DNA from: Clostridia bacterium
Lineage (GTDB): Bacteria; Bacillota; Clostridia; TANB77; CAG-465
Assembly (NCBI GenBank): GCA_045637095.1
Contig: JAZTYX010000052.1
Coordinates: forward strand, 1 to 59,027
Length of the DNA stretch: 59,027 nucleotides
Direction: 5' to 3'
Shown: one piece after another, positions 1 to 10,295 of the stretch
How the letters are laid out: the number at the start of each line of letters is the position of its first letter
Numbering within the stretch: the stretch's first letter is position 1
The notes under the pieces: model-generated
Told to the model about the DNA's origin: nothing
What the model saw: the letters and a program-made list of their open reading frames with translations, nothing else
Database searches by the model: none
Translations under genes and position numbers: made by a program

Positions 1-1317
1 TAATGTTTGTGTAAATAATTTATTCTTTTTATCGATACTTGTCGTTATATTGCCTTGAGAATATTTTCTAAGGAACTTCTTTATTTCATATAATCCAAAA
101 CCTGATGGTCTATCTTTGGTAGAATAGTTCTTGTTAAAGATTTTATCTACATCTATGTTTGTATCTTTTACAGAATTGGATATAGATATTACATCAGAGT
201 TTCTTTTGTAATCGTGATGCATGCTAATTATTAATTTTTTAGCATCTGTATTTTCGCCAGCTTCTATTGCGTTATCTAAAAGTATTCCTAATGTTCTTGA
301 AAGTTCAAACATAGGGAAGTTGATTTTAGATACAGTAGTAGTTATATCTAAAGTAAGAGCCATATTATTTTCTCTTGCTTCTAATATTTTCTTTACAACA
401 ATGCCATATATCCCTGGATCGTCTATAACTTTAGGTGAAAGAATAGATAAAGTATTTATATCATTAAAACCTAAAACAAGATTTTGGCAATATGCTTTAG
501 CACCCTCTGAATCATTAATTGCAATATAGCCTAAAATAGCTTGTACAATATTACCCATATCGTGTTTGAATCCACGAACACCTTCATTAACTTTACTTAA
601 TGTTTTGTTATATATTAAAGTGTTTTCTAATTTTTGTTTAGTTGCTTCTTGCTTTGAAACAAGTCTTAAGTTAAAAATACTAACCATAGTTATTAAAAGC
701 ATTTGAGTTACGTTTATTATAATAAATATTTTAGAATACCTAAAGTTATTTACCATAAGAAAAAACATGTTAGGTAGTAGGCATAAAAATATTATAATTA
801 ACTGTGGTGCAAAGTATTTTACTTTCCTTCCATTTATATTCGCAAGCGATTTGTTACATATTTTAATAATTAAAGCTACTGCGGCTTGTAATATGGCAAT
901 GCCAGATGTAAACAAGCTATATGCAATTGGTTTTACTAAAAGCTTAGTAAGAGTCAAATCAAAATCTAGTAAAATTAAAGATATGATTACTTTAATTAAA
1001 AGTGGAAACAGTGTAGCAAGTAAAGCTATAATAATAGATTTATATACTCTTAAATTATATAGTTTATAACAACTGATTAGGATTGTAGACATATATATTG
1101 CTATGGTTAGAAATGTGTCGTTAGGTACCATGTTGTGTATTAATATTTTATTTAATACAAGTGTAATAAATATTGCTACAAATAATTCTAAAAATGAATA
1201 TTCATCTTGTTTCCTTACTTTATTCATAATATATATAAGAACTGCTAACGAATAAGTTATACCTATAGCTTCTATAAATAGAAAAATTATTGTTATTAAA
1301 AAATCTATTGTACTCAT
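1..1317 (-). CDS. AgrC/VirS-like GHKL membrane sensor histidine kinase (3' end runs off window)
   Basis: ATG at 1317 after AAGGAG. Hydrophobic N-terminal half, H-box RGFKHDMGN, N-box ILLDNAIEA, G-box YSTKDRPSGFGL. Not in ORF track because no stop in window. Confidence 0.9.
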   Translation of the reverse strand, partial: MSTIDFLITIIFLFIEAIGITYSLAVLIYIMNKVRKQDEYSFLELFVAIFITLVLNKILIHNMVPNDTFLTIAIYMSTILISCYKLYNLRVYKSIIIALLATLFPLLIKVIISLILLDFDLTLTKLLVKPIAYSLFTSGIAILQAAVALIIKICNKSLANINGRKVKYFAPQLIIIFLCLLPNMFFLMVNNFRYSKIFIIINVTQMLLITMVSIFNLRLVSKQEATKQKLENTLIYNKTLSKVNEGVRGFKHDMGNIVQAILGYIAINDSEGAKAYCQNLVLGFNDINTLSILSPKVIDDPGIYGIVVKKILEARENNMALTLDITTTVSKINFPMFELSRTLGILLDNAIEAGENTDAKKLIISMHHDYKRNSDVISISNSVKDTNIDVDKIFNKNYSTKDRPSGFGLYEIKKFLRKYSQGNITTSIDKKNKLFTQTL

Positions 1318-1328
1318 AATTAAACTCC

Positions 1329-2003
1329 TTATATAAAATGAAGCAGTTGTCCAAGAGGACAAGCTAGGCCATTGTTAAAATGGATTGTTTTAGACTCTTT
1401 GTCTATTTTAACAATTTCATTTTGGTTTACAATAAATGATCTGTGATTTCTAATAAAAGAATCAGGTAAGGATTTAATTATTGTATTTAGGGATAAACAT
1501 GTTTCGTAAGCATTGTCTTTTGTATATATTGTTGTTTTAGATTTGCTGTGTTCTACGAAAAATATATCTTCGGTACGTAGAGTATAATCTTTATTTATCT
1601 TAATAAGCCTTGTATGTGCAGATGTTAAATCTTCTTTAAGACGACTTAAAACTAAAGAAATTTTTTCAGTATCTATTGGTTTAAGAATATAGTCAAAAGT
1701 CTTACAAGAAAATGCAAGTAGCGCGTATTCAAAATGGCTAGTTACAAATACTAATTTGAATTTTTTATTAACATCTCTTAATTCTTTTGCAAAAGTAATA
1801 CCGTCTTTATTATTATTAAAATTAATATCTAAAAATAATATATCAATATTACGATTTGCAATTTCTGTATATATTTCTTGTTGGTTAGTTGTACAGATCG
1901 TTACATCTGCATCAAAGTCTAAAGCTATTAGCTGAGATTCAACAAGCTTTTTTGTATAACTTATGGAATGTATATCATCATCGCATATTCCAATCTTTAA
2001 CAT
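1329..2003 (-). CDS. LytTR-family (AgrA-like) response regulator
   Basis: REC domain (ICDDD, FLDI, YILKP) plus LytTR motif FIRNHRSFIVN; directly upstream of the kinase. Confidence 0.92.
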   Translation of the reverse strand: MLKIGICDDDIHSISYTKKLVESQLIALDFDADVTICTTNQQEIYTEIANRNIDILFLDINFNNNKDGITFAKELRDVNKKFKLVFVTSHFEYALLAFSCKTFDYILKPIDTEKISLVLSRLKEDLTSAHTRLIKINKDYTLRTEDIFFVEHSKSKTTIYTKDNAYETCLSLNTIIKSLPDSFIRNHRSFIVNQNEIVKIDKESKTIHFNNGLACPLGQLLHFI

Positions 2004-2161
2004 AAGGCATCAACTCCTGTTTTTTGGCGTGCAAGAAATATATTACCTATTTTTACCAGTTAATGCAAGTATGTTTTTACACACAATAGGTAATATTTGG
2101 AAATTAGCATCTAGTTAGCATAAATGCTAATACATGGCGTAAAATGTATTGAGGTGTCTAG

Positions 2162-2509
2162 ATGAAGGTAAAAAAGCACAAGACAAGTATTAGTCTAAGA
2201 AAAGTAAAGAAACATAGTGAATTCAGAGAAGATATGGTAAACAGAATAGCAGAATTTTTAGAAATACCCAAAGAACTTGTAGGAGATAATACAAAAATAA
2301 CAACAATAGGAAATAAATATCTGTACTTGGAAGGTAAGCATAAAATAGCAGATTATTATACTTCATATATAAGAATAATAACTAAAAGGTATGGGTTTAC
2401 TATCTCTGGAAAAGAACTAGAAATAAAAGAGATGGGAAATGATGAGCTTGTTATTGAAGGAAATATTTTTAATGTAGAATACGAAAAAAGAGGCATAGAT
2501 GAAAATTAG
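2162..2509 (+). CDS. yqfC: YabP/YqfC-family sporulation protein
   Basis: LEIPKELV..KITTIGN..LYLEG..Y..I.G..L.IKEM...EL.IEG.I pattern; precedes yqfD. Confidence 0.8.
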   Translation: MKVKKHKTSISLRKVKKHSEFREDMVNRIAEFLEIPKELVGDNTKITTIGNKYLYLEGKHKIADYYTSYIRIITKRYGFTISGKELEIKEMGNDELVIEGNIFNVEYEKRGIDEN

Positions 2510-3671
2510 TAGAATAGGTAAAAATATAAAAGCAGTAGTAACGGTTGAAGTTGCAGGATTTTTTGTAGAAAGGTTAATAAATCTCTTAAAGAATAATGGG
2601 ATAGAAATTTGGGATGTAAAGGTATTAGGAATAGGAGATATTTCATTTAACATTGAATCTAAAGATTTCAAAAAAATATTACCATATGTAAAAAAGAGTA
2701 AGTGCAAGGCGAAAGTAATTTCTAAAAAGGGAATATATTTTGATGTATTTAAATATAGAAAAAGAAGAATTGCTTTTTGTATGTTAATGATAGTATTTGT
2801 AGTATATATAATAGCTTCAAGTTTTATATGGCATATTGAAATAGAAGGAAATGAAAGGATAAACATCCAAAGTATAAATGAGCTTTTAAGAGAATATAAA
2901 ATGAAGCCCGGTACATTAAAGAAAAAGATTTCAAAAGGTAATTTGTCAGATTATTTACGAGCTAATATTTATGATGCTGCTTGGGTTGGTGTAGATATTA
3001 TAGGAACTACTATGAAAATAACAATAAAAGAAAAGATAATATCTAAAGAGGAAGATAGAAGTATAAAAGGAGATGTAATAGCCACTAAAGATGCAGTAGT
3101 TACACGAATAGTAGCATCATCAGGAACAGCGTTATATAAAGAGGGAAGCTTTGTAAAAAGTGGAGATATATTAATTGCAGGTGTAGATAAAAACGGAGTT
3201 AGCGGAGAAACAAGGGTACACGCGAGTGGAGTTGTTAAAGGAATAGTGGAATATAATTTTAGTAAAGAATATAAACAAAAAAATATTATTAAAGAAAAGA
3301 CTGGTAAATCAATGTTTGGTGTCGGAGTTGGTATAAATAATAAAGAATTTGTATTAAAATGTTTGCCAAAAAAATATAAATATGATATAACTAGTAAAGT
3401 CAAAATGTTTCGCTTTTTAGGGGCAAACGTTTCAATTATTTTTAATACATATGAAGAATATATCTTAAAAGATATCGTAAATACAAAGGATAGCCTCATC
3501 ATACAGGGTGAGCAAGAATTAGACCTATTTTTAAACCAGATACTAACAAGTGGTAGTAATGTTAAAGATAAGAATGTAGAAATAGAAAACACAAATGAAG
3601 GTATAATATACAAAGTAACGGTAAGCGTCGAGGAAAATATAGGGGAATTTTTAGAGACAGGGGATAAGTAA
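2499..3671 (+). CDS. yqfD: Sporulation protein YqfD (stage IV)
   Basis: ERLINL, FIWHIEIEGN, AWVGVDIIGT, DVIATKDAVV..G..V..GDILIAG motifs. Confidence 0.88.
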   Translation: MKISRIGKNIKAVVTVEVAGFFVERLINLLKNNGIEIWDVKVLGIGDISFNIESKDFKKILPYVKKSKCKAKVISKKGIYFDVFKYRKRRIAFCMLMIVFVVYIIASSFIWHIEIEGNERINIQSINELLREYKMKPGTLKKKISKGNLSDYLRANIYDAAWVGVDIIGTTMKITIKEKIISKEEDRSIKGDVIATKDAVVTRIVASSGTALYKEGSFVKSGDILIAGVDKNGVSGETRVHASGVVKGIVEYNFSKEYKQKNIIKEKTGKSMFGVGVGINNKEFVLKCLPKKYKYDITSKVKMFRFLGANVSIIFNTYEEYILKDIVNTKDSLIIQGEQELDLFLNQILTSGSNVKDKNVEIENTNEGIIYKVTVSVEENIGEFLETGDK

Positions 3672-3672
3672 T

Positions 3673-4170
3673 ATGGGAATAAGTATAGATTATTATACAA
3701 ATTATGAAGTTAAGGAAATGATCGAAAAATATAACAAGTTTATAGAAACATACAAATTAGCTATAGATAAACTTGTTGCAAAAGCCTTTAAGTTAGAAGG
3801 CTTTAATTTACCTAATGTATACATAGGTATTGGTGTGGTAACAGAGGAAGAAATTAAACAAATAAATAATGAATATAGAAAGGTAGACGCTCCAACAGAC
3901 GTCTTATCTTTCCCTATATTTACAAGAGAAGAATTAGCTAAAATGAAAGCGGACAAGTGTGATACTGAAATGTCTATTGGTGACATAGTACTTTGTATGG
4001 ATGTTATAGAAAGACATGCGGTAGAGTATGGTACAGGATTTAACAGAGAAATGTTATATATGATAGTACATGGTATTTGTCATCTTTTAGGCTATGATCA
4101 CGAGATACCTGAAGAGAAAAAGGAAATGAGAGTCCTTGAAGAAAAAATATTAGAAGGATGTGAAGTATAG
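3673..4170 (+). CDS. ybeY: rRNA maturation endoribonuclease YbeY
   Basis: PTDVLSFP, GDIVLC, HGICHLLGYDH metal-binding motif. Confidence 0.96.
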   Translation: MGISIDYYTNYEVKEMIEKYNKFIETYKLAIDKLVAKAFKLEGFNLPNVYIGIGVVTEEEIKQINNEYRKVDAPTDVLSFPIFTREELAKMKADKCDTEMSIGDIVLCMDVIERHAVEYGTGFNREMLYMIVHGICHLLGYDHEIPEEKKEMRVLEEKILEGCEV

Positions 4171-4966
4171 TTTGGACGAAAAGCTAAAAGACAAGAATTT
4201 AGATGAAAATTTAGATAATGTGCATAAGAACAAAACATGGTTTTCTGCAACTAAAAATGCATTAAACGGAATAATACATGCGTTTAAGACTGAAAGAAAT
4301 TTAAGAATAGATTATCTTATAGGTGCATTGGTTTTCTTTATAAGTTTATTTTTTGATTTTTCAAAGGTAGAACTTATATGCTTGGTTATAACAATTGGAT
4401 TTGTTATATTTGCTGAGATGATAAATTCGGTTGTAGAATATGTAGTAAATTTAATAACAACGGAATATAATCTAGACGCAAAAGCTGCAAAAGATATAGC
4501 TGCAGGTGGTGTGCTTATTGCAAGTACAATATCTGTAATTGTTGCATATCTCCTTTTTATAGACAAGCTTAAGGTTGCATCAACCGAACTATTACATGCA
4601 GTATTAAGTACAAGATCACATATAACTGTTGCAATATTATTTACGGTTGTATTATTGGTAGCAATACTTAAAGGAGTATTTACCAAGAAAGGTGAAAGAA
4701 ACTATGTTAAATCTTTTCCAAGTGCAAGAGTGATGATAAGCTTTGCATTAGCAACATATCTTTTAGTAATAACAGAGAGTCTACTTGTTGGTGGAGTTGC
4801 ATTTGTGCTTAGTGTAATGGTTTCTTCAATGAAAAGAGAAAATGATAAAACTACAATGCTTCAAGTGGTACTTAGTGCCGCGCTAGGAGTTCTTATCGTA
4901 CTAGCTTTATATCAACTAACAAAGTTAACACCACATATTGCAGATATAACATTTAAGTTTTGGTAA
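4160..4966 (+). CDS. dgkA: Diacylglycerol/undecaprenol kinase with C-terminal PAP2-like membrane extension
   Basis: ALNGII..ERN, AEMINSVVEYVVN, AKDIAAGGVL; C-terminal FPSA resembles a degenerate PAP2 motif. Start uncertain. Confidence 0.85.
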   Translation: MKYSLDEKLKDKNLDENLDNVHKNKTWFSATKNALNGIIHAFKTERNLRIDYLIGALVFFISLFFDFSKVELICLVITIGFVIFAEMINSVVEYVVNLITTEYNLDAKAAKDIAAGGVLIASTISVIVAYLLFIDKLKVASTELLHAVLSTRSHITVAILFTVVLLVAILKGVFTKKGERNYVKSFPSARVMISFALATYLLVITESLLVGGVAFVLSVMVSSMKRENDKTTMLQVVLSAALGVLIVLALYQLTKLTPHIADITFKFW

Positions 4967-5005
4967 AATATAAGTGGTAAACAAATAAATAGTATTATTA
5001 ATAAT

Positions 5006-5035
5006 AAAAGGTCTTACATAAGTAAGATCTTTTTT
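5006..5035 (+). terminator. Intrinsic terminator
   Basis: AAAAGGTCTTAC-ATAA-GTAAGATCTTTT hairpin followed by T run. Confidence 0.7.
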
Positions 5036-5059
5036 GCATATATTGTACAAGGTGATTAT

Positions 5060-5149
5060 ATGAAAAGATTTGTTATTTCGTTAGCAATATTAATATTGGT
5101 ATTTGTACTTTTTGTATTACTTAATGAAATTAGATACTTGCTAATTTGA
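5060..5149 (+). CDS. 29-aa single-pass membrane peptide (MKRFVISLAILILVFVLFVLLNEIRYLLI)
   Basis: AGGTGA RBS, one hydrophobic helix; below the ORF-track cutoff. Confidence 0.5.
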   Translation: MKRFVISLAILILVFVLFVLLNEIRYLLI

Positions 5150-5188
5150 TAATTATCATATAAAATAACACTAAATTAAGGTGATTAT

Positions 5189-6202
5189 ATGAAAAAAGGA
5201 ATAACATTAATTAATCTAACAATAGTAATATTATTACTTGCGCTTATATCTAGTGTGGTTGTATATGAAGGTAGCGATGCTATTGCTACTACAAATAAAA
5301 CAAAGTTTGCGATAGAAATATTAGATGTGCAAACAAAAGTAGATAATTACTATATAGAAAATGGAAAATATCCAAGTGTTGCTCAAGTTACATTTGATGT
5401 ATCTAAATTTAAGGAAGAAGAAAAGGTACAAATTGTGGGCGAAACAGTATCGAGTAACAATATAACATTATATAGTATAGATTTAAATTTATTAGGTATA
5501 AAAAATACACTTTATGGTAATAATAAAAATAGCAAGGATATATATGCGGTTTCTGAAACAACGGGTAAAGTATATTATATAAATGGTATAAAGTTTAACA
5601 AGGTTAAATATTATACTTTAACAGATGAACTTTATTCTGGGATGAGTACAAGTATACTTCCTAAAAACTATAAAGAAGTTAGAAAAGAAGAAATTGTATT
5701 TAGAGTAAATAGATTAGAAAAAGGAACAGAAGCAGTAACGGTAGATGTTATGGTTCCAAAGAATGCAACTGGAATAACAGTTACAGCAAATAACTCTATA
5801 ACAGTAGCAAGTGCGGTGACAGAAGGCAAATATAAAAAGTATTCAGTAAATGCAAGCAAGGTAACAAGAAATTATGCCGTTACAGTAAAATATACGTTAG
5901 ATGGTACAGCCAAAACAGTAACATACACGGTGAATAATGTTGATATATCGGGGCCTGGTTCATCTATATCTATGGTAAAATATAGTGGATATACAGTAAT
6001 AAAAATTGAGCCTAATCATCCAGAACAAGTTGCAAAAATAAAAATAGATAAAGGAAATCTAACTGAAGACTATTTCTCTAAATATGGAAAGAATGTAGAG
6101 AACAATGAATACACGTGTTATACAGCAGGAACATATACGGTGTATTTAGAAGATTTATTGGGCAATACGACTATTTCTTTATTAAATGTAACTATAATAT
6201 AA
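5189..6202 (+). CDS. Large type IV pilin-like protein
   Basis: Class III signal MKKG|ITLINL plus hydrophobic helix; beta-rich C-terminus. Confidence 0.8.
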   Translation: MKKGITLINLTIVILLLALISSVVVYEGSDAIATTNKTKFAIEILDVQTKVDNYYIENGKYPSVAQVTFDVSKFKEEEKVQIVGETVSSNNITLYSIDLNLLGIKNTLYGNNKNSKDIYAVSETTGKVYYINGIKFNKVKYYTLTDELYSGMSTSILPKNYKEVRKEEIVFRVNRLEKGTEAVTVDVMVPKNATGITVTANNSITVASAVTEGKYKKYSVNASKVTRNYAVTVKYTLDGTAKTVTYTVNNVDISGPGSSISMVKYSGYTVIKIEPNHPEQVAKIKIDKGNLTEDYFSKYGKNVENNEYTCYTAGTYTVYLEDLLGNTTISLLNVTII

Positions 6203-6289
6203 ATGTGTTATATAATGTTAATTAATAAAAACACTTTAAAAATAAGTTAAAGAGTGTTAAAATAATAATTGTTGAAAGGTGGTACATAT

Positions 6290-6709
6290 ATGGAAAATAA
6301 AAACGAAATTAAAGAGGAAGTTTTAGATACAGCTTCAGAAGTTGAAATAGCAAGTAATTTAACAATATCTGAAGATGTTATAGGAATAATAGCAGGTCTT
6401 GCTGCTGCAGAAGTTGAAGGTGTTTCTGGAATGACACTTGGCTTTGTCGATGGAATAAATCAAATCATAGGAAGCAATAAAAAATATGCTAAAGGTGTTA
6501 AAGTAGAATTAGAAGGTAACGAAGTAGTAATTAATCTATATGTTATAGTTAAATATGGTGTTAAAATACCAGAAGTTGCATTCTCTATTCAAACATCAGT
6601 AAAGAATTCTGTTGAAGGAATGACCGGCCTTAAAGTTAAATCTGTAAATATAAATGTACATGGTGTAACTTTTGATAATGATAAAAATAAATCTAAAGAT
6701 GAAGAATAA
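6290..6709 (+). CDS. Asp23/Gls24 family envelope stress protein (YqhY-like)
   Basis: ISEDVIGIIAGLAAAEVEGV, KGVKVE, VKYGVKIPEVA, MTGLKVKSVNINVHGV; ATG 6290 follows AAAGGTGG. Confidence 0.92.
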   Translation: MENKNEIKEEVLDTASEVEIASNLTISEDVIGIIAGLAAAEVEGVSGMTLGFVDGINQIIGSNKKYAKGVKVELEGNEVVINLYVIVKYGVKIPEVAFSIQTSVKNSVEGMTGLKVKSVNINVHGVTFDNDKNKSKDEE

Positions 6710-6811
6710 CATATAAAAAGAATGTAAAAATAGCAGGAGAAAAAAACTGCTATTTTTTTTAATTTTAACATTATACAAATGTAGTAAATATGGCAAATGT
6801 TAAGAACAAAT

Positions 6812-6912
6812 TCGAGTAATGTTACAATAAAATTACAAACAAATAACAATTAAAATACAATTACTCGAGTTGGCCTAAAATTGTTGATTTGGCATTACCT
6901 ATGTGTTAAATT
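6812..6912 (+). promoter_or_regulatory. Promoter of the pil operon with four 11-bp-period TTACAA-like repeats
   Basis: TTACAA 6822, TTACAA 6833, TAACAA 6844, ATACAA 6855, bracketed by inverted repeat TCGAGTAAT/ATTACTCGA; TTGATT-17-TAAATT with TG extension. Confidence 0.6.
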
Positions 6913-6981
6913 ATTTATAGAGATTTTATCTGCGTATTGGGGTACAAAAATGCAGAAGAAAAATATACAGAAGGAGAAAGT

Positions 6982-8598
6982 ATGGGAGCTTGTTTAGGAG
7001 TCTATTTAGGCGAAAAAATAATAAAATATGCTAAACTTGAACAAGATGAAAAAACTAAAAGAATTAGTTTGAATTCATATGGCACTAAGTATGTATGGGG
7101 TAAGAAGGAAGATGAAATACTTGATCTTATCGCGCAAACAGGTAGTGACAATGGCAAAATATGCCTAAATACAGAAAATACCTATAAACTTGAGACAGAA
7201 GTATTAAGACAATTAAAAAAATCTGACGTTCAAAGTGTTATAGCGCTTGAAGTTTCTGACAGCACTATACAAAGAGGGATAAATGAGAAAACTGTTGAAC
7301 ATAGATATACACTTATAGATTCTAAGATATCAGCAGCAAACACTCACGCAATTATTGAAGTAGCAAACAAATCGGATATAACAAAATATTCTGAAAATGA
7401 GAAAATAAAGAATTTAGCTGGTATATATCCAGTTGAACACTTGATAAACAGAATTACAACACAACCAAACAATTACATATTGTTGAATGTTGATGAAGAA
7501 ACAACAATGATATTTGTTTCTAACAACGTACCTGTAATGTCTAGAAAAATAGATGTTAGTATGAAATCAATATTGGATACTTTAGCTATTCAAGAAGGAT
7601 CTTATGCGAAAGGTTGCGATGTGTGTAGAACAATAAATGTTTTATCGGATGATAGCTTAGATTACAAGCTTGAGTCGGTAATAGAACCAGTAATTCAAGA
7701 TTTATTAAACAGAGTTGGTAAAGCTATTGAAGAAACAAATTTCCAATGCGGAAAGATAATGTTAAATGGTCTTATCAATATGTTCATAAACATAGAAGTA
7801 CTATTCGAACAATTCTTTGGAATAGATACTGAAAAATTAAAACCATCATTTTTAAGTTTAGATGAATCAACAGTAAATATGGCTGAAGTTATAGAAGCAA
7901 ACGAAGCTATAGCACTGGCATATGAAGGTTTAACTGGAGCTAAGAAAGAGCTTAACTTCTATGCGGCGCCTGCACAAGCAGCAACTACTGCTAAAACACC
8001 ATTAGATATAAAGGCGATGTTCTCTAAACCAAAACCAGGTGAGCATAAACCAGCATTTGTAATGCCAACACTAAATATAGACAAGCCAAAGGTAGAGAAG
8101 ACATTATTATTCGCAAATCTAACGGCAGCATCGTTGCTAGTTTGTTATTTAGTATTTAGCATAATATATGCTAAGGAATTAGATGCAATGCAATCTACTT
8201 TAAATCAAAATATAAGTCATATGCAAGTAGATATAAGCAAAGTAAAATCTGATACTAAATATATTAATGATGTTAAAGCAAAATACACATCATATAACAA
8301 CTATATTACTTCTACAGTAACAAAAATAAAAGAAGGAAAGATAGGAAAATATTCAACATATAATGTTGCAAATTTCATGCAAAAGATTGCAAAATATATA
8401 CCAACAAATGTTGAATTAGTATCAATTGCTTCAAATGATAATAAATCAATAGCAATTGTAGCAAGATCAAAATCATACTCTGAGTTAGGATATTTTGTAT
8501 CACAACTTAAATTAAAAGGAGTATTAGATAATGTTAAAACTGGCAATGTAGAACATGGTAATTACATAACAGTTACGATTGGCGGTGATTTGCCATGA
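6982..8598 (+). CDS. PilM-PilN fusion type IV pilus assembly protein
   Basis: N-terminal actin-like start (LGVYLGEKIIKYA), TM near the C-terminus, coiled coil and PilN-like IPTNVELVSI..FVSQLK; ATG 6982 after AAGGAG. Confidence 0.75.
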   Translation: MGACLGVYLGEKIIKYAKLEQDEKTKRISLNSYGTKYVWGKKEDEILDLIAQTGSDNGKICLNTENTYKLETEVLRQLKKSDVQSVIALEVSDSTIQRGINEKTVEHRYTLIDSKISAANTHAIIEVANKSDITKYSENEKIKNLAGIYPVEHLINRITTQPNNYILLNVDEETTMIFVSNNVPVMSRKIDVSMKSILDTLAIQEGSYAKGCDVCRTINVLSDDSLDYKLESVIEPVIQDLLNRVGKAIEETNFQCGKIMLNGLINMFINIEVLFEQFFGIDTEKLKPSFLSLDESTVNMAEVIEANEAIALAYEGLTGAKKELNFYAAPAQAATTAKTPLDIKAMFSKPKPGEHKPAFVMPTLNIDKPKVEKTLLFANLTAASLLVCYLVFSIIYAKELDAMQSTLNQNISHMQVDISKVKSDTKYINDVKAKYTSYNNYITSTVTKIKEGKIGKYSTYNVANFMQKIAKYIPTNVELVSIASNDNKSIAIVARSKSYSELGYFVSQLKLKGVLDNVKTGNVEHGNYITVTIGGDLP

Positions 8599-9311
8599 TA
8601 AAGGAATATAAAAAAATATTAATAATGTCAGTTGTACTGCTAATACTAGTAATAGGTATAGTAATCGTATTTACATCAGATGTTTCGATAGCTGGTATAA
8701 AGAGCGGTTCAATATTTACTATATCTGAAGGTAAAAACAACCTAAACTCTTTAATGGAAAAAGAGAGTACAGTAAAAGCAGAACATCAATCAGCATTAGA
8801 TAGCTTAGAACAAGCTAAAAATACATATGAAACTGAAAAGAAAAAGTTTGATAATATAGATCAAGCAACAGTTGATTTAGTAAAAGAAGCAACAAAGGAT
8901 GAAAAGTATTTCATTGAGTATCTTTGGATAACATTAGGAAATTATGCGACAGACAACAATCTAATTATTGATGTAATAACACCAGGATCAACACTATCAT
9001 CAACAGGTGAAACACTAAATGGTAGTGGTTCAGAAGGTGGAGCAGGAAATGCTCTAGGCGGAGGATTAAATTTTGGCGGTGCAGAAGGTGGCACTGGTTC
9101 AAATAGACCGACTACAGATACATCATCGGTTGCTAATGATTCAATAAGAATAATAGTAAAAGGTAGATATGCAAATGTAGCAGATTTCGTATATGATGTT
9201 GAAAATGACAAAGAATTAAAATTTAGATTAGATAATATAAAAATGGTGTACAAATCAAATAACCAAATTGAAGCAACATTTAATATTTTAAGTCTACAAG
9301 TTAAAAAGTAA
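8595..9311 (+). CDS. PilO-like assembly protein
   Basis: N-terminal TM, coiled coil, IIVKGRYANVADFVYDVEN PilO-like motif; follows pilMN. Confidence 0.7.
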   Translation: MIKEYKKILIMSVVLLILVIGIVIVFTSDVSIAGIKSGSIFTISEGKNNLNSLMEKESTVKAEHQSALDSLEQAKNTYETEKKKFDNIDQATVDLVKEATKDEKYFIEYLWITLGNYATDNNLIIDVITPGSTLSSTGETLNGSGSEGGAGNALGGGLNFGGAEGGTGSNRPTTDTSSVANDSIRIIVKGRYANVADFVYDVENDKELKFRLDNIKMVYKSNNQIEATFNILSLQVKK

Positions 9312-9316
9312 GGAAG

Positions 9317-9676
9317 GTGATTTTAGTGGGAAAGAAAGAATGGATGTTATATATACTATTAACTATAGGCATGTTTGCATTTGTAGCAGTATTATTATTA
9401 GTTTCTATACCACAAGTAGAATCAGTTTCTGAACTACCAGAATCATATAAAGGTATAGTTAAAAGTGAATATACATTCGATGATTCTGTAAATGATAATA
9501 CTCTAGTAAAAGAGTATGATATAACATCAAGCGATGTTTCAAATGGATTAAAAAAGGACAAATATGAACAAGGCAATATAAATCCATTTACACCAAACAC
9601 AGATGTTACGGTATATAACGAACCTACTAAAAAGCCAGTAGATCCAAACAAACCGTTAACACCAAGTGATAAATAA
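9317..9676 (+). CDS. Membrane-anchored pilus accessory protein (PilP-like position)
   Basis: N-terminal TM, NPF motif; operon position. Confidence 0.5.
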   Translation: MILVGKKEWMLYILLTIGMFAFVAVLLLVSIPQVESVSELPESYKGIVKSEYTFDDSVNDNTLVKEYDITSSDVSNGLKKDKYEQGNINPFTPNTDVTVYNEPTKKPVDPNKPLTPSDK

Positions 9677-9737
9677 GGTTAATACATCGCCTTACCTTGG
9701 CGGTGATTAATATAAATTTTTATAGGAGGAATAAAAA

Positions 9738-10112
9738 ATGAAAAAAGGTATTTCTTTAATCGTATTAGTAATCACAATTATCGTTATGATTATAATAGCT
9801 GGTGCTATAATAATCTCTTTAAACAGCACAAACGTAATCAACAGAGCTGACGAAGCTGTTGTTGCAACAGACGTTTCATCAATGAATGACCAATTAAACA
9901 TGGCTTACGTTGATCTTAAATTAGAAGATGCTTACAGATCTAAAAACGACTTTACTTCTTCTACAGCTGTAACAGTAAACGGACAATCTTATGCTTCAAT
10001 AGTTGCATATTATGAAGCATTTGCTCCAGCTATAAAAGATTTAGCTACTAAATACACAGCTTATGAATTAGTAGTAACTGGAAGCGGTGCAGCTTCTGTA
10101 GTTAAAAAATAA
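9738..10112 (+). CDS. Probable major type IV pilin
   Basis: MKKG|ISLIVLVITIIVMIIIAG signal; strong AGGAGG RBS; codon bias typical of high expression (AAC, TAC, ATC, GCT). Confidence 0.85.
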   Translation: MKKGISLIVLVITIIVMIIIAGAIIISLNSTNVINRADEAVVATDVSSMNDQLNMAYVDLKLEDAYRSKNDFTSSTAVTVNGQSYASIVAYYEAFAPAIKDLATKYTAYELVVTGSGAASVVKK

Positions 10113-10295
10113 TTAACTAATTAACAGAATAAAGATTAATTAAAAATAAACTTAAGAAAAATAAGTAAAAAAAACTAATACGAAAAGTACACAGGACATA
10201 TGCATAATTACAATGTATATGTCCTTCGTACTAATATTATATTTATTTGAGAGAAAACTTTGAAATAAGTATAATAATGTATAGGAGGGGTAATA

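Noticed and set aside
221-1069. Plus-strand ORFs 221-529 and 767-1069
   Set aside because: Antisense shadows of the minus-strand histidine kinase.
2162-4966. Separation of ybeY-dgkA from era-recO and absence of phoH and cdd
   Set aside because: Ordinary gene-order rearrangement; no mechanism visible.
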